Below are positions 12,830 to 27,184 of a DNA stretch of 64,000 nucleotides, one piece after another. The stretch lies in NCBI GenBank assembly GCA_951406725.2, contig OX597842.1, positions 5,270,001 through 5,334,000 on the forward strand, written 5' to 3'. Made by a program: the position numbers and the translations under genes. Source of the stretch: Octopus vulgaris (Eukaryota). Every line of letters begins with the position of its first letter. Position 1 is the first letter of the stretch. Below the pieces are notes generated by a model that did no database searches, was not told the origin of the DNA, and saw only the letters and a program-made list of their open reading frames with translations.

Positions 12830-13340
12830 TGGTCATGGCTGGAACGTCTTTGATCGTAAGATTATTGGATCAGGACTGATCTAGGCATAACCAAAAACAA
12901 CAACAACTATAACCACTGATACAAACTACAATATTATACATTAGATAATGTAGTCCTAGATACACTATGTCTGAATAAAAGACAGGATCAATACAGCTGG
13001 AGCATCTATGATCATGGGTCTGCTAGATCAGGACTGACCTGGGGCTAAACAGCAACAAATATAGCCACTAATACTACTATACATTAGAAAATGTAGTCCT
13101 AGATACACTATGCCTTAAAAAAAAAATGGGGTGGTCACAACTGGAACAACTTTGATCATAAGTCTGCTGGATCAGGACTGACCCGGGGCTAAACAAGAAC
13201 TATAGCCACTTATATCAAATACTATACTGTACATTTGATAATATAATCCAAGATGGACAGTGTCTGAATAAAAGATGAGATGATCACAGCTGGAACAACT
13301 TTGGTCATAAACCTATTAGACCAGGACTGACCTAGGGCTA
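12830..13340. repeat. ~120-bp tandem repeat, about 4 units
   Basis: Repeated CAGCTGGAAC..GATCAGGACTGACC..GGGCTAA..ACATTAGATAATGTAGTCCTAGATACACTATG. Confidence 0.8.
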
Positions 13341-13698
13341 AGGACCACCACCACCACCACCACCACCTCTTCAACCACAACAACAAGATGGTTACAATGG
13401 AGTGTGAGCCATCAGGTGAAAAATCTATAAATAAAATGTTATGGAGCAGAGTGATGTTTCCAGAACAAAACTAGTGCATATATATATATATATATATACA
13501 TATGTGTGTGTGTGTATACATATATCTATATATATATGTATATATATATATGTGTGTGTGTGTATATATAAATGCATGTGTGTGTGTATACATACACACA
13601 AACATCTATGTGTGTGTGTGTGTGTATGTGTATCTGTATGTATATAAATGTATATGTGTGTGCATATACATATATCTATATATATGTGTGTATATGTG

Positions 13699-13730
<32 letters not shown>

Positions 13731-13906
13731 TATCTATATATATATGTATATATATATATGTGTGTGTGTGTATATATAAATGCATGTGTGTGTGTATACA
13801 TACACACAAACATATATGTGTGTGTGTGTGTGTATATGTATCTGTATGTATATAAATGTATATGTGTGTGCATATACATATATCTATATATATGTGTGTA
13901 TATGTG

Positions 13907-13953
<47 letters not shown>

Positions 13954-14135
13954 GTATGTACGTATGTATATACATATATATGTATGTATGTATTTATATA
14001 TATGTATGTGTATATATATATATATGTATGTATGTGTATTTATATATATGTATGTGTATATATATATATATGTATGTATGTGTATTTATATATATAATCC
14101 CCTTTAGAGAGACTTAGTAATTTTAATATTTCTAT

Positions 14136-14170
<35 letters not shown>

Positions 14171-14457
14171 GTATATGTATATATACACACACACATATAT
14201 ATATGTAATGTATGTATGTATACATGCACACACACACACATGTTATGGTAGGAGGAAATGTTTAATTAATGCGTAGTACAATGTCCGTTAGTTTTAGGGT
14301 TGGCTAATTTCTGATGTGAAATCTGTTGATCAATTTGTCTTTTTGGTTTGTTTGTTTTTTGTTTTTGTTTTTTTTGTTTTCTCTTGTTTTGTTTTTTGTA
14401 TTGAAGAACTAATCGATAAGGTTAGGTTAATAATATATTATTGAACTAAAAATACCG

Positions 14458-14503
<46 letters not shown>

Positions 14504-14504
14504 T

Positions 14505-14542
<38 letters not shown>

Positions 14543-14672
14543 TATCATCATCATCATCATCATCACCATCATCATTATCATCATCATTTTCATCATCACC
14601 ATCATCATCATCATCATCATCATTATCATCATCATTTTCATCATCATCATCATCATCATTATCATCATCATT

Positions 14673-14728
<56 letters not shown>

Positions 14729-15113
14729 TATCATCATCATCATCATTATCATCATCATTTTCATCATCATCATCATCATTATCATCATCATTGTCGGCAC
14801 CACCATCAGCAACAACACCACCACCACCATTGTCTCATCATCACCATCAACATCATCACCTCTGTCATCGTCATCGTCATCATCATTATCATCATCATCA
14901 TCACTAACCCCCACTACCACCACCACCACCACCATCGTCTCATCATCATCGTCGTCATCACCATCAACCATACCACCACCAACAGCACTATCACCATTAC
15001 ATTCATCATCATTCTCCTACTCAGCATCATCGTCATCATCATCATCATTGCCACCAACGCCATCATCATCATCATCATCACCAACCTTATTTCCACCACC
15101 ACCACCATCATCA

Positions 15114-15478
15114 TCAATTTGGTGGGTAAAGAGCTATGGATTTTGGGTGTAATGTAGTGTGGGATGATGGGAGGGTCATGGAAGGATGGGTGGCTAAAAG
15201 TGGGTGTAAATGTGTGGGTGGGCACAGTTCTTCTATCAACCCCAAAAGAATGGAAGGTGTGGGTGTGGTGGCGGTGGCAGCAGTGGCAGCAGCGATGGCA
15301 GCAGTAGTGACAGCAGCGGTGGCAGGAGCGGCAGCAACAGAGGCAGTGGCAGCAGCAGCGGCAGGGATGGTGGTGGTGGCACACAACATCTGATGCCTCT
15401 TATGCCCAACTTTTCTCCCAAGATGCTTACACTCTGTTGTACATGCACACTGACATTGCACATTGAGTGAAGCGTACT
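15114..15478 (-). CDS. Weak candidate terminal exon (Cys/His then Ala/Thr-rich ORF)
   Basis: Open frame YASLNVQCQCACTTECKHLGRKVGHKRH...SIALYPPN*, followed by a GAT repeat, A-rich UTR-like sequence and ATTAAA at 14261-14266. The splice acceptor is poor. Confidence 0.25.
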
Positions 15479-15929
15479 AGCTTCATTTCTGTCAAGCCTT
15501 TGCATACATGGTCACCACCACCACACTACCACCACCTCACCACCATCACCACCTCACCACCACCACCACCACCACCACCACCATCACCACCACCATCACC
15601 ACCACACCACCACCACCTCAACACCACCACCATCACCACCACACCACCACCACCACCATCTCACCACCACCACCATCTCACCACCATAACCATCACCACC
15701 ATCTCACCACCACCACCTCACCATCACCACCACCATAACCATCACCACCACCTCACCACCTCAACACCACCACCTCACCACCACCACCACCTCCCCACCT
15801 CAACACCACCACCATCACCACTACCACCTCTCACCACCACCACCACTTCAACACCACCACCACCACCACCACCACCACCACCACCACCACCACCACCACC
15901 ACCACCACCATCATCATCATTTGATTTCA

Positions 15930-16885
15930 GTCCGTACTTGCATACCTGAAATTTATTCTCAACATCAGGTAGGGATTCAGCAATAAGAATAAGGTCGCCA
16001 GTATAGAGGAGCTCCTAAGGGCAGCCAGTTTCAAATTCCTCAGCTATATATTGCAGGACCATGATAAATAGAAGGGGGCAAAGAACTGAACCCTGGTGGA
16101 CTCCTACTTGTACATTAAACTCCTTGCTATATTCATTGCTGACTCTCACCTTACTAACAGCATCCCTGTACATCCCTTGTACAACTCTCACTACCCGCCT
16201 ATCTATCACTAGCTTCAGCGTTGCCCACCAGAAAAGAGAGTGGCTGACCCTGTCAAAGGCTTTCTCCATGTCAACAAAAGCCAGAAACAGGTTTATTTTT
16301 GGCCAAATATTTCCCCTGCAGTTGCCTCACCAGGAATATAGCATTGATGGTGCTTCTCCCTGGCAAAAACCCAAACTGCATCTCATCTGTACTAACTCTC
16401 TTCCTAATTAATTGAGCTACAACCTGTTCTGCAACTTTCACCCCTTCGTTCAGCAATTATTTCTGTTTAAGGTATCACCTTTGCCTTTACAACAGTTGAC
16501 TATACTCCCACTACACTAATCATTGGGCACGACTTCCTCGTGGACAACCTGATTAACTGCTACAGGTACAAGGCCGTATCCTACTCTTCTACAGATTTTA
16601 AGTATCTCAGTGGTGAAGCTTGATTGGCCGGAGGCTTTCTCTGTCCTCATATCCTTAATTGCTTTATCTACCAAACTACTGTCAATTCAAATAGCCAGTC
16701 CCTCTGTTGGGTTCATATTAGACAGGCTAACCTTCTTCCATGCATACTCTACACTTAGCAAGCTGTTATGGTGGCACTTTCAAGCCTCCTTCTTTGCAGA
16801 ATCACAAACTGCAAGTGAGCTATCATCCATGCAAACACATTTCTCTCCTACCACATCACATTTTTCCCTGGCACACTGTCTTGCA
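15930..16885 (-). mobile_element. RTE LINE reverse transcriptase remnant
   Basis: QFGFLPGRST, DMEKAFDRV, VGVHQGSVLCPLLF and ELLY motifs, with frameshifts. Confidence 0.9.
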
Positions 16886-17115
16886 ATCCTATATATGTAT
16901 ATTCTTTTACTCTTTTACTTGTTTCAGATATTTGACTGTGGCCATGCTGGAGCACTGCCTTTAGTCGAGCAAATTGACCCCAGGACTTATTTTTTGCAAG
17001 CCTAGTACTTAGTCTATCAGTCTCTTTTGCCGAACTGCTAAGTTACGGGGGACGTAAACACACCAGCATCGGTCGTCAAGCGATGTTGCAGGGACAAGCA
17101 CAGACACGCAAACAT

Positions 17116-17154
<39 letters not shown>

Positions 17155-17346
17155 CGACGGGCTTCTTTCAGTTTCCGTCAACCAAATCCACTCACAAGAC
17201 TTTGGTTGGCCCGAGGCTATAGTAGAAGACACTTCCCCAAGGTGCCATGCAGTGGGACTGAACCCGGAACCATGTGGTTGGTAAGCAAGCTACTCACCAC
17301 ACAGCCACTCCTATGCCTATATGTATATTTTGCATATATATATATA

Positions 17347-17389
<43 letters not shown>

Positions 17390-17605
17390 TGCATAACTAT
17401 ATACATATATATGTATACATACACACAAACACACACACACACGCACAAACACACACACACACATACACATACACTGTGTTCCTTTCTGTGGAAGAGCATA
17501 GGCTCGAAACGTAAAAAACTTTCTCACTTTCCAAGCATTAAACTAATACATCTGTTTGTTGTTTACACACCCGTCTTTGTCTTTTGTTTTTTCGTAAATT
17601 CTCAC

Positions 17606-17665
<60 letters not shown>

Positions 17666-19572
17666 ATTATATATAATTCTCACTTAGCGGTTCGGCAAAA
17701 GAGACCGATAGAATAAGTACTGGGCTTACAAAGAATAAGTCCCGGGATCGATTTGCTCGACTAAAGGCAGTGCTCCAGCATGGCCGCAGTCAAATGACTG
17801 AAACAAGTAAAAGAGTAAAAGAGTAAAGAGTATATATATAAATATATATCATCATCATCATCGTTTAACGTCCGTTTTCCGCGCTAGCACGGGTTGGACG
17901 GTTTCGACCGGTGTCTGGGGAGCTAGGGACTGCCCCAGGCTCCAGTCTAGTCTGGCAGTGTTTCTACAGCTGGATGCCCTTCCTAACGCCAACCACTCCG
18001 CGAGTGTAGTTGGTGTTTTTTACGTGCCACCTGCACAGGTGCCAGAGGGGTCTGGCATCGGCCACGTTCGGATGGTGCTTTTTTTTTTATGTGGGGGGGG
18101 GCAGAAATATATAGGGGAGCACCAGTGGGGAGGGGTGGTTCAGAGAAATGATGACAGGTTCTAGGCAAGTAGAACGTAGGATATCAAGAGAGGGGTAATG
18201 CATGGTGAAATAGCGTATTGAAGAGGGGGTTCGAAGAGTAGACACCTATAATGGTGGTGGGAGAAGCGACAACCGGTATAGATGGAGCAAAAATATAGAG
18301 ATATCCGGTATTGGCGGTGGGGGTGACAAGGGCGGGTGCACCGGGAATATACGAAGGTTGAACTGACGGGCTGGCTTAAAAATGCTCTTAGCAATGGAAG
18401 GGGGGAATGGCAGACAACGTGAGAAAGGGAGAGAGAGAGATAGATAGAGAAGAACAGTGGAACCCCGCGAAAATGGGCCGCCATTGAAAAAAACCCCTGT
18501 ATGGAGAAATAATATGCAATACGAGGCGAAGCTGAAAATAGTAATAATAATAATTATAATAATAATAAGCAAACTGTCGACCAGGTGATCAAAGGGACAA
18601 TACTAGTACTAATAATAGTAATAATAATAATAACTAATAAACAAAACAGCTCAACCACAACATTAGATTAGAAAGACTCTTATCTTGGGAACATTTCGTT
18701 CTTCGGCCTGACACGGGAATATGCGAAGGTTGACTAATAATAGTAATAATATATATATATATATATAATGGCGGTGCCCCAGCATGGCCACAGCTCATGA
18801 GCTGAAACTAGATAAAATAAAATAAATAATATATCTTTACAAGTTTATATACATATATGTATATATACATATTTGTGTGTGTATGTGTTCAGATATATAT
18901 GCATGTATGTATGCATGTATGTATAACTTAGAATAACTTAGAAAGGTTTTTGGCCAGTATTGGCCCAGGCCATGTCTAACTTAATAGCACCACCTGGCGA
19001 AGTCTTTCAGTTCAGGATTTGGGCACCAAGGCCCATTCGAGCAGAGAGTTATTGTTTGCGGAGACATATCCGGGTGTGGATGGTTTGTCCAGTACTGTTT
19101 GAAGGAATTTGTCCAAAGACTTCTTGAATTTTGTGTGGTCAGTTTCTTTTTTGACGTGTCCTGGTGTAATGTTGAAGAGAGCGGGTCCAATTGAGGTGAA
19201 ATATGTATGTATGTATATGTGTGTGTGTGTGTGTGTGTGTTTGCATTTCCTTGGCTTGTTTTGACGTCATGTGGTAGTTGGAAGCAAATGTCACAGACCA
19301 TCATACAAGCAGTGGCATTCATTTCCAGACTTCTGAGACAAGTCATGTAGCCAAGGAGCAATACGGGCTTCGAATTTTGGCACAAGACCAATATTTGTGG
19401 CAGGCGGGGTAAGTTGATTACATCGACCCTAATGCTCAACTGGTACTTATTTTATTGACCCCAAAAGGATGAAAGGCAAAGTCGACCTTGATGGGGTTTG
19501 AACTCAGAATGTAAAGAAGGATGAAATGCCACTAGGCATTTTGGTTGACATGCCAACAATTCTGCAGCAGCC

Positions 19573-19627
<55 letters not shown>

Positions 19628-19799
19628 TAATAATAATAATAATAATAATAAATAATAATAATATTTTTTTAAAAATAATAATAATAATAACAATAATAAT
19701 AATAATTAAAATAATAATAATGATAACAATAATAATAATAATTAAAATAAAAATAATAATAATTAAAATAATAATAATAATAATAATAATAATAATTAA

Positions 19800-19838
<39 letters not shown>

Positions 19839-20090
19839 TAAAATAAAAATGATAATAATAAAAATAATAATAATAATAACAATAATAATAATAATTAAAA
19901 TAATAATAATAATAACAATAATAATAATAATTAAAATAATAATAATAATAATAATTAAAATAATAATAATAATAACAATAATAATAATAATTAAAATAAA
20001 AACAATAATAATTAAAATAATAATAATAATAATAACAATAATAATAATAATAATAACAATAATAATAATAATAACAATAATAATAATAAT

Positions 20091-20586
20091 AGTCAAGAAG
20101 AAGAGCGCGATTTGATTGTAATAGATATTTTATTAGTTGAACGATATTTCAACAGTACGTCTGTCTTTGTAAAGTTCAAAATAAGAAGTGATAAAAATTC
20201 AAAATTCTAGAAATTTAAACGTAAAGTATGAACGAGGGCAACCAGCATCCACACGTTGATGGAATGACATCATCAGTTTTTAAGATACAATTTTATAACA
20301 AGCGAAAAGAAAAATACTTTTTTCTGGGGGGGGGGGGGGGTTCTGATTTTTCTGTCTTTTTCTTTTTTTCTTTTTGCCTGTTATAAAATTGTATCTTAAA
20401 AACTGATGATGTCATTCCATCAACGTGTGGATGCTGGTTGCCCTCGTTCATACTTTACGTTTAAATTTCTGTAATTTTGAATTTTTATCACTTCTTATTT
20501 TGAACTTGACAAAGAAAGATGTACTGTTGAAATATTGTTCAACTAATAAAATATCTTACAATCGAATTGCGCTCTTCATCTTGACT
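20091..20586. repeat. ~220-bp-arm inverted repeat (foldback)
   Basis: AGTCAAGAAGAAGAGCGC... / ...GCGCTCTTCATCTTGACT, with a poly-G spacer. Confidence 0.92.
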
Positions 20587-21504
20587 GTTTACCTTTGTGA
20601 AGAGTTATGTCAATCCTTTATAAAATATTATTATAATAATAACAAGAGCACTCAGAGAGTGTAAACCTCTGCCAAGTCAACACCAACATCCTCTCAATGA
20701 TTAGCCAGAGATGATTTTTAAAATGAGAATATCTGAAATAGACTCAACTGCTCTCAGAAATGAGAATAATAAAAATGAACCTGACTGCTCTCAAAAATTA
20801 AGTAAAAAAAATAATGGGAAAAAAGAAATATTAAACAAAAACTTGGTTTTGTACCTTATTTATATATAAAATAGTGAAGGCGCGTGGCCTAGTGGTTAGG
20901 GCATTCGGCTCACAATTGTAAGGACGTGAGTTTGATTCCCAGCGACGTGTTGTGTCCTTGAGCAAGACACTTTATTTCACGTTGCTCCAGTCCACTCAGC
21001 TGGCAAAAATGAGTTGTACCTGTATTTCAAAGGGTCAGCCTTGTCACACTCTGTGTCATGCTGTATCTCCCTGAGAACTACATTAGGGGTACATGTGTCT
21101 GTGGAGTACTCAGCCACTTGCACGTAAATTTCATGAGCAGGCTGTTCCGTTGATCATATCAGCTGGGACCCTTGTTGCCATAGCCGATGGAGTGCTCCTT
21201 TTTTCTTTTATATTAATAAAATACTACAATTAGCCATCACTTTTGATGGCACGGGGTCAGCTAGCGATAATGATAATGATGATCCTTTCTACTTAAAGCC
21301 CTAAACATGAAATTTTGGGGAAAGAGCTAGTTGATCACATCGAACCCAGAGCTGAACCAGTACTTATTTTATTGACCCTGAGAGGACATAAAGGAAAAAT
21401 CAACCTCAGAAAGATTTGAACTCAGAATGTAAAATCTGATTAAACACCACAAAGCATTTGTGCTCAGCTTGTTAACCATTCTGCCAGATCACCATCTTAG
21501 CCAA

Positions 21505-21897
21505 TCTCTCTCTATATAAAGCTGAAGTTGTCTGTGTATGGCAGGTTTGGTAGCCTTCAACTAACACTATCTCCTCCGAGACCCTGTGGCGCAAGTTGAC
21601 CAAAATTGAGAGTATGATAGAAGAAGGCTTGCTCTTCCTTCCGTAGAGGAAAAGATTCAAATCGGACCATGTTAACATCAAAAATTATTTACATCAAAAA
21701 GGTGCTTTTTTTTCTATGAAAATCCCTATTTTTTACGTTTTTTTTACTGCTGTGTCGCCATTTTTCGGTGTATTTCAACCAGAAAAATGTTCGCTTAAAG
21801 AGAATAACAAGCTACATAATGCAAAATTTTTACTTTTCAAAAATTCCAATTCTAAAGGGTCGAAACAAACCCGAGCAACGCCGGGCGATTCTGCTAG
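21505..21897 (+). mobile_element. Non-autonomous Helitron (complete)
   Basis: A|TCTCTCTCTATATAAAG...CCCGAGCAACGCCGGG hairpin...CTAG|T; no TSD. Confidence 0.88.
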
Positions 21898-22905
21898 TGT
21901 GTGGTATTCTCATCTGCCAATGTCTCTTCTGGAAGCAGGTGAGGAGAGCTGATGGCAGGTATGGAATAACAGACATGCTAAAATCATGGCTCGTGCAAGC
22001 CATAAAAAAAAAATAAATGTTCCTTGTTGAGCCATGCCAGGCTCATGGGCCCAGTTTCCTGGTTTCAGTGGTGTAGAAATTCCCCTGCTGGATGGGATGC
22101 CAGTCCATTGCAGTGTTACTCATTTTTGCCAGCTGAGTGGACTGGAGCAACGTGAAAATGAAGTGTTTTGCTCAAGAACACAATGTATTACCTGGTCCAG
22201 GAATTGAAACCACAATCTTACAATCATGAGTTCAACACCCTAACCACTGAGCCATGCACCTCCATGCAAGCCATAAAAACAGTCATTAAATGGTGATGAT
22301 GATAATGATGTTTTATAATTGATTCTATACCTCCTACCCCCATCTTCCTCTTGTCATTATCATTGTCCTCCACCTTCACCTCCCTCTCTCCCCTCTTCGC
22401 CTCCTCTTTCTCTTTCCTCTCCTCACCCTTCCCTTGTCCGCTTCCCCCTCACCCTCCCTTTGTCCTCCTCATCCTCCACTCTTCCTCCTCTCGTCATCAT
22501 CGTTGTAGTCCTTGTTGTTGTTGTCCCCCTTGTCCTTGTCAGCTCCTTCCTCTCTCTCACCCTCCCTGCCCCTCCTCTCTTTTTCCCCCTACTCTCCTTG
22601 TCTCATCGTCCCCTCCACTCCTCGTCCCTCCCCTCTCGCCCCCTCTCTCCTCTCTCACCCCCCACCCCTCCTCGTACCTCTCTCCCCTCGCTCCACCCCC
22701 TCATCGTCCCTCACCTCTCGCCCCCCCCCCTCTGTCCCTCTCCCCTCCTCGTCCCTCCCCTCCATGTCTACTCAATTCCATTTCCCCCTTCCCCTCATTC
22801 TCCCACACCTCCCTTCCCCTCAGCCATATGCGTGACCTTGTGTCTGTATGTGCATGTATGTGTGTATGTGTGTGTATGTGCATGCATGTATGCATGCGTG
22901 TGCGA

Positions 22906-22940
<35 letters not shown>

Positions 22941-23905
22941 AGCGATCAATAAATGCCATGTCCTATATAGATTTTCACTGAAGGCCATCGTTTTTTTATT
23001 TTTTCTGTTTAAAAGCCTGACACCGTTTTGTCAAGGGAGAGAAAGAGAGACCAGCTTGATGCAACAGAACACATGCATTTGCACTGATCTGCCCTACACT
23101 GCGACATACACATCATGCACCACCATACGTCTCAAACCCCCACCATTAGGGCTCTTGCTGCTCTGTGTCACATGGTCTTACCCCCAACATGTTACCCCCT
23201 GCCTCTATTCTATATGACCGCTCTCCACCCCAATTGAGCACATGCACACGATTTCCTGTTACACTTAACTTCTACCACACCATTCCACCATCATCCCTCA
23301 CACACACACACACACACACACACACTACTACCACCACCAACACCATCGTCATTACCAACACCATTACCACCACCCTCCCAACCACCATTGCACCAACACC
23401 ATCACCTCACACACACACACATACACTACCACCACCGCCAACACCACCCTCACAACCACAACCACCACCACCAACGCCAACATCACCACCACCAACATCA
23501 ACACTGCTACCACCACCACTACCATCACCACCACCACCACCATTACCAAACACCATCATAACCATCATCACAACCATAAACATCACCACTACCACCAACA
23601 TTACCACCACCACCACCTTCTCCACCACCATCATAACCAGCATCATCACCATGACCACCACTCCCAGCCACTCCACTCCCACAATACTATACCGCCCCAC
23701 TGCAGAACCCCCACACTCACCCACCTCACCCACCTATCACTTCACAGCTATAACGCCACACCACTCTTCATCAGTGCCACAGACCGCACCACACTGTTGG
23801 GGTTGACCTAAAAGCCTGTTTGGGTTTTGTTAACCCTGAATAAACTTCAAGCACCCTGATAAGTGGCTAGCTTCAAGTCTCTCCCCTGATGCTTCGATGT
23901 AGTTT

Positions 23906-24214
23906 TTTTTTGTTGTTGTTCCTTCTCGAGCCATCCCTGGTTCATAAGGGCCAGTTTCCCAGTTTCTTGGCGTATAGGTTCCCCACCTGGATGGGATGCT
24001 GGTCCGTCGCAGGTGAGCTGCAAGATGCAGGAGGAATGAGTGAGAGAAAGTTGTAGCGAAAGAATCTGCAGAAGTTCGCCATTACCTGCTGCTGGAACCG
24101 TGTGGGGCTTAGGTGTTTTCGCTCATAAACACACACATCGCCTGGTCTGAGATTCGAACCCGCGATCCCTTGACCACGAGTCCACTGCTCTAACCACTAA
24201 GCCATGTGCCTCCA
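23906..24214 (-). mobile_element. SINE family C (tRNA head, V-like domain) with a 14-bp TSD
   Basis: TSD CTTCGATGTAGTTT at 23892 and 24215. Relatives at about 20873, 22020, 25285, 29195, 48420, 50465, 58862 (TSD CCATAAATTGATTA) and 61600. Confidence 0.88.
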
Positions 24215-24448
24215 CTTCGATGTAGTTTGACACAGACTTGTGATGAGATGGTTTGTTTTTTGTGTACTTGGGATCACCCTGAAAATGGACAACCAAAACA
24301 AATGTTATGGACACTGCACGCCCCTTCCCTCCCCCACCCTTTTGTAGCAGATTTGAAAATGGATAGCTGGAAGGGCAAGTCAATGTCAGGAGGCCAGAAA
24401 ACATATCAAAAGACCAGAATACAACAAAAACTTGCAGGAAGATATGTA

Positions 24449-25182
24449 TTGGTTTGTCCGGAAAGTTTGTGCCGGTTTTTAAAGGAAAGAAAAAGTTCAA
24501 TAAATACTTGCCATTACATTTTTAATCAACCAAATATGAACCATTTTGTTGCACAATGTGTCTCCATCTTTCCTTTAGCTTGAAAATACCCTCTTCCCAG
24601 AATTGAGGTGGTTTCATGGAAAAGAATTCATCAAGGACAATGCGTCTTCATCTTTCCTTTAACTTGAAAATACCCTCTTCCCAGAATAGAGGTGGTTTCA
24701 TGGCAAAGAATTCATCAAGGACAATGCGTCTCCATCTTTCCTTTAACTTGAAAATACCCACTTCCCAGAATTGAGGTGGTTTCATGGCAAAGAATTCATC
24801 AAGGTATCTTTTTATGTCATCCAAGGAATTGAAATTTTTACCATTAAGACTATTCTGCAGAGACCTGAATAAGTGGAAATCCAAAGGAGCAATATCTGGT
24901 GAATATGGAGGGTGGGGTAACACATCCCAGCCGAGCTGCAGCAATTTTTGTCTGGTTCCCAAAGCATCAAGTGCCGAAAATGAACTTTCTTATCTTCCAT
25001 TTTAAAGGGTTACAGAATTAACACAGGTTATAGGAACATAAACCTTCTTCCATGAAAAGATAGCTTAAACTGTGCTCTAAATGGAGGTGTAGTCAAATCC
25101 TATTTTATGGACTCAACCATGTTCTAAAATAAGTCGAAAGGTAAGCTACTATAAATCGGCACAAACTTTCCGGACAACCCAA
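24449..25182 (-). mobile_element. Mariner deletion derivative with transposase C-terminal fragment
   Basis: TA-flanked TIRs TTGG(G/T)TTGTCCGGAAAGTT; LGWDVLPHPPYSPDIAPLDFHLFRSLQNSL motif; internal ~84-bp triplication. Confidence 0.92.
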
Positions 25183-25711
25183 TATATGGAGAAGATGCTG
25201 TTATGGAACACATGTGCCAGAAGTTGTTTCCAAGATTTCAATTGAGAAACTTTTTTGGTCCTTGCTCTGGGGTCGATCTAATGTTCCTTCTTGAGCCAGG
25301 TTCATAAGGGCTGGTTTTGAGGTTTCAGTGGCATAGAAATTCCCCACCTGCTGCTCCGTCGCAGGATTACTCATTTTTGCCAACTAAGGGAACTGGAGCA
25401 ACGTGAAATGAAGTGTTTTGCTCAAGACCACAATGCGTCGCCCAGTCCAGGAACTGAAACCACAACCTTACAATCATGGGTTCAACACCCTAACCACTAA
25501 GCCATGTGCCTCCACTACATATATATATATACATACAAAATTTAGAGGACTGACCACTAAAAAAATGGACAGCCTATATGCTAGATATAGATGTCAAAAT
25601 CTCCATTTTCCACAAAGAATGTGTTCTCAAGAAAAAATTCAGCAAAAAACCAAAGTGTAAAAATAAGCAAGGCAATTGAAAATATACAAAATAAAAAATA
25701 AAAAATAAAAA

Positions 25712-25757
<46 letters not shown>

Positions 25758-25790
25758 CTGTATAGATATTAGAGCATTTATAGATAGAAG

Positions 25791-25842
25791 GCCTTACAGC
25801 TGTTTCTAGGATACTTATTAATTATATCCCTTCATCGGAGAT
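25791..25842 (-). ncRNA. Minimal type I hammerhead-like motif (paralog of 39584-39635)
   Basis: TCT-CCGATGA-a-GGGATAT..GTATCCT-a-GAAACAGCTGTA-AGG, with the same flanking repeat sequence as the 39.6 kb copy. Confidence 0.55.
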
Positions 25843-27184
25843 AGTGTGAGAGAAAAAATTAAGTCATAATTAGTTTCGATGTGATACAAAATATATGCAA
25901 ATTTTGTATCACATATATCTATCTATATATATATATATATATAACGGGAAGGTTTACGAAAATAAACAAAAGCCGAAGGCAGGTGGAGTACAAACAAACA
26001 AATGTATTAGTATGGCACTCAGGAATAGAAATAGAACAAGTCTTATATGTTTCGAGCCTACGCTCTTCAACAGAAAGATACACAGAAAAAATACAAGGAG
26101 AGAAACAAGGAGAGAAAAAAAAGGCGTGTAGGAGCGAGCGATCTATCATGGCATATATATATATATATATATATAAACATCAATATATGTGTGTGTATAC
26201 ATACATCTGTATACATAGATCTGAAATATAGAAGTATTAAAATGTAAATTCTATTTTCCTAAATAGGTGAACAAACAAACCACAAACCATGAGACAGCCA
26301 ACCTGTTGCCACATCCTCACTATGGCAAGGGTGGCGGAGAGAGAGAAGGCAGGGGAGAAACAGAAGAGGGGGAGGAAGAGAAGGGCTTATTGTAGTACAA
26401 TGGACACCAGATGTGAGTGGGAGTGAGGGACTGGGATGTGGATAGGGGAGATAGTGTAGGGAGGGGGAGGAGAAGGTGAAAAAGAGAGCTGGGGGGAATG
26501 AAAAAATATAGAGATACAAGAGAGCTGATTCTACATTTTTGAGATGAGGAATTTATATTTTGTACACAGTTTATTTTTTAGTCAGACTGCTGTCCCCATT
26601 TTGATTACTCTTACTCATTAGTCTTTTACTTGTTTCAGTCATTTGACTACAGCCATGCTGGAGCACCGCCATTAGTCGAGCAAGTCGATCCCATGACTTA
26701 TTCTTTGTAAGCCTAGTACTTATCCTATCGGTCTCTTTTGCTGAACTGCTAAGTGATGGGGATGTAAACACACCAGCATCGGTTATCAAACGATGCTGGG
26801 GGGACAAACACAGACACACACATGCATATATATATATAAGATTAATCAGCTGAAATTGCGAGGATGATCCGATTCTTGACTGAAGATTAAAGGCTTTGAA
26901 TGACCCGTCCATGTTTTTTGTATCGTCTATCTGGATATTTTGCGTTCTTGTCCCATTTTGTATTTTATATATATATATATATATATAGCAGCATATATAT
27001 ATATATATATATACAATGGGCTTCTTTCAGTTTTCATCTACCAAATCCACTAACAAGTCTTTGGTCGGCTCAAGGTTATATAGAAGACACTTGCCCAAGG
27101 TGTCACACAGTGGGACTGAACCTGGAACCATGTAGTTGGTAAGCAAGCTACTTACCACACAGCCACTCCTGTGCCTACAATTAT

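Noticed and set aside
13441-14237. Long Y/I/C/V/H/T-rich ORFs (also at 7.6, 10.9, 19.5, 29.7, 31.5, 57.5 and 60.2 kb)
   Set aside because: Translations of microsatellites, open in several frames at once.
15467-15949. Pro/His/Thr-rich ORFs (also 22319-22981 and 23165-23806)
   Set aside because: Degenerate CAC/CCT repeats open in multiple frames, with no splice or homology support.
22975-23020. Minus-strand mini terminal exon LLNRKNKKNDGLQ*
   Set aside because: Plausible acceptor, but too short and with no homology support.
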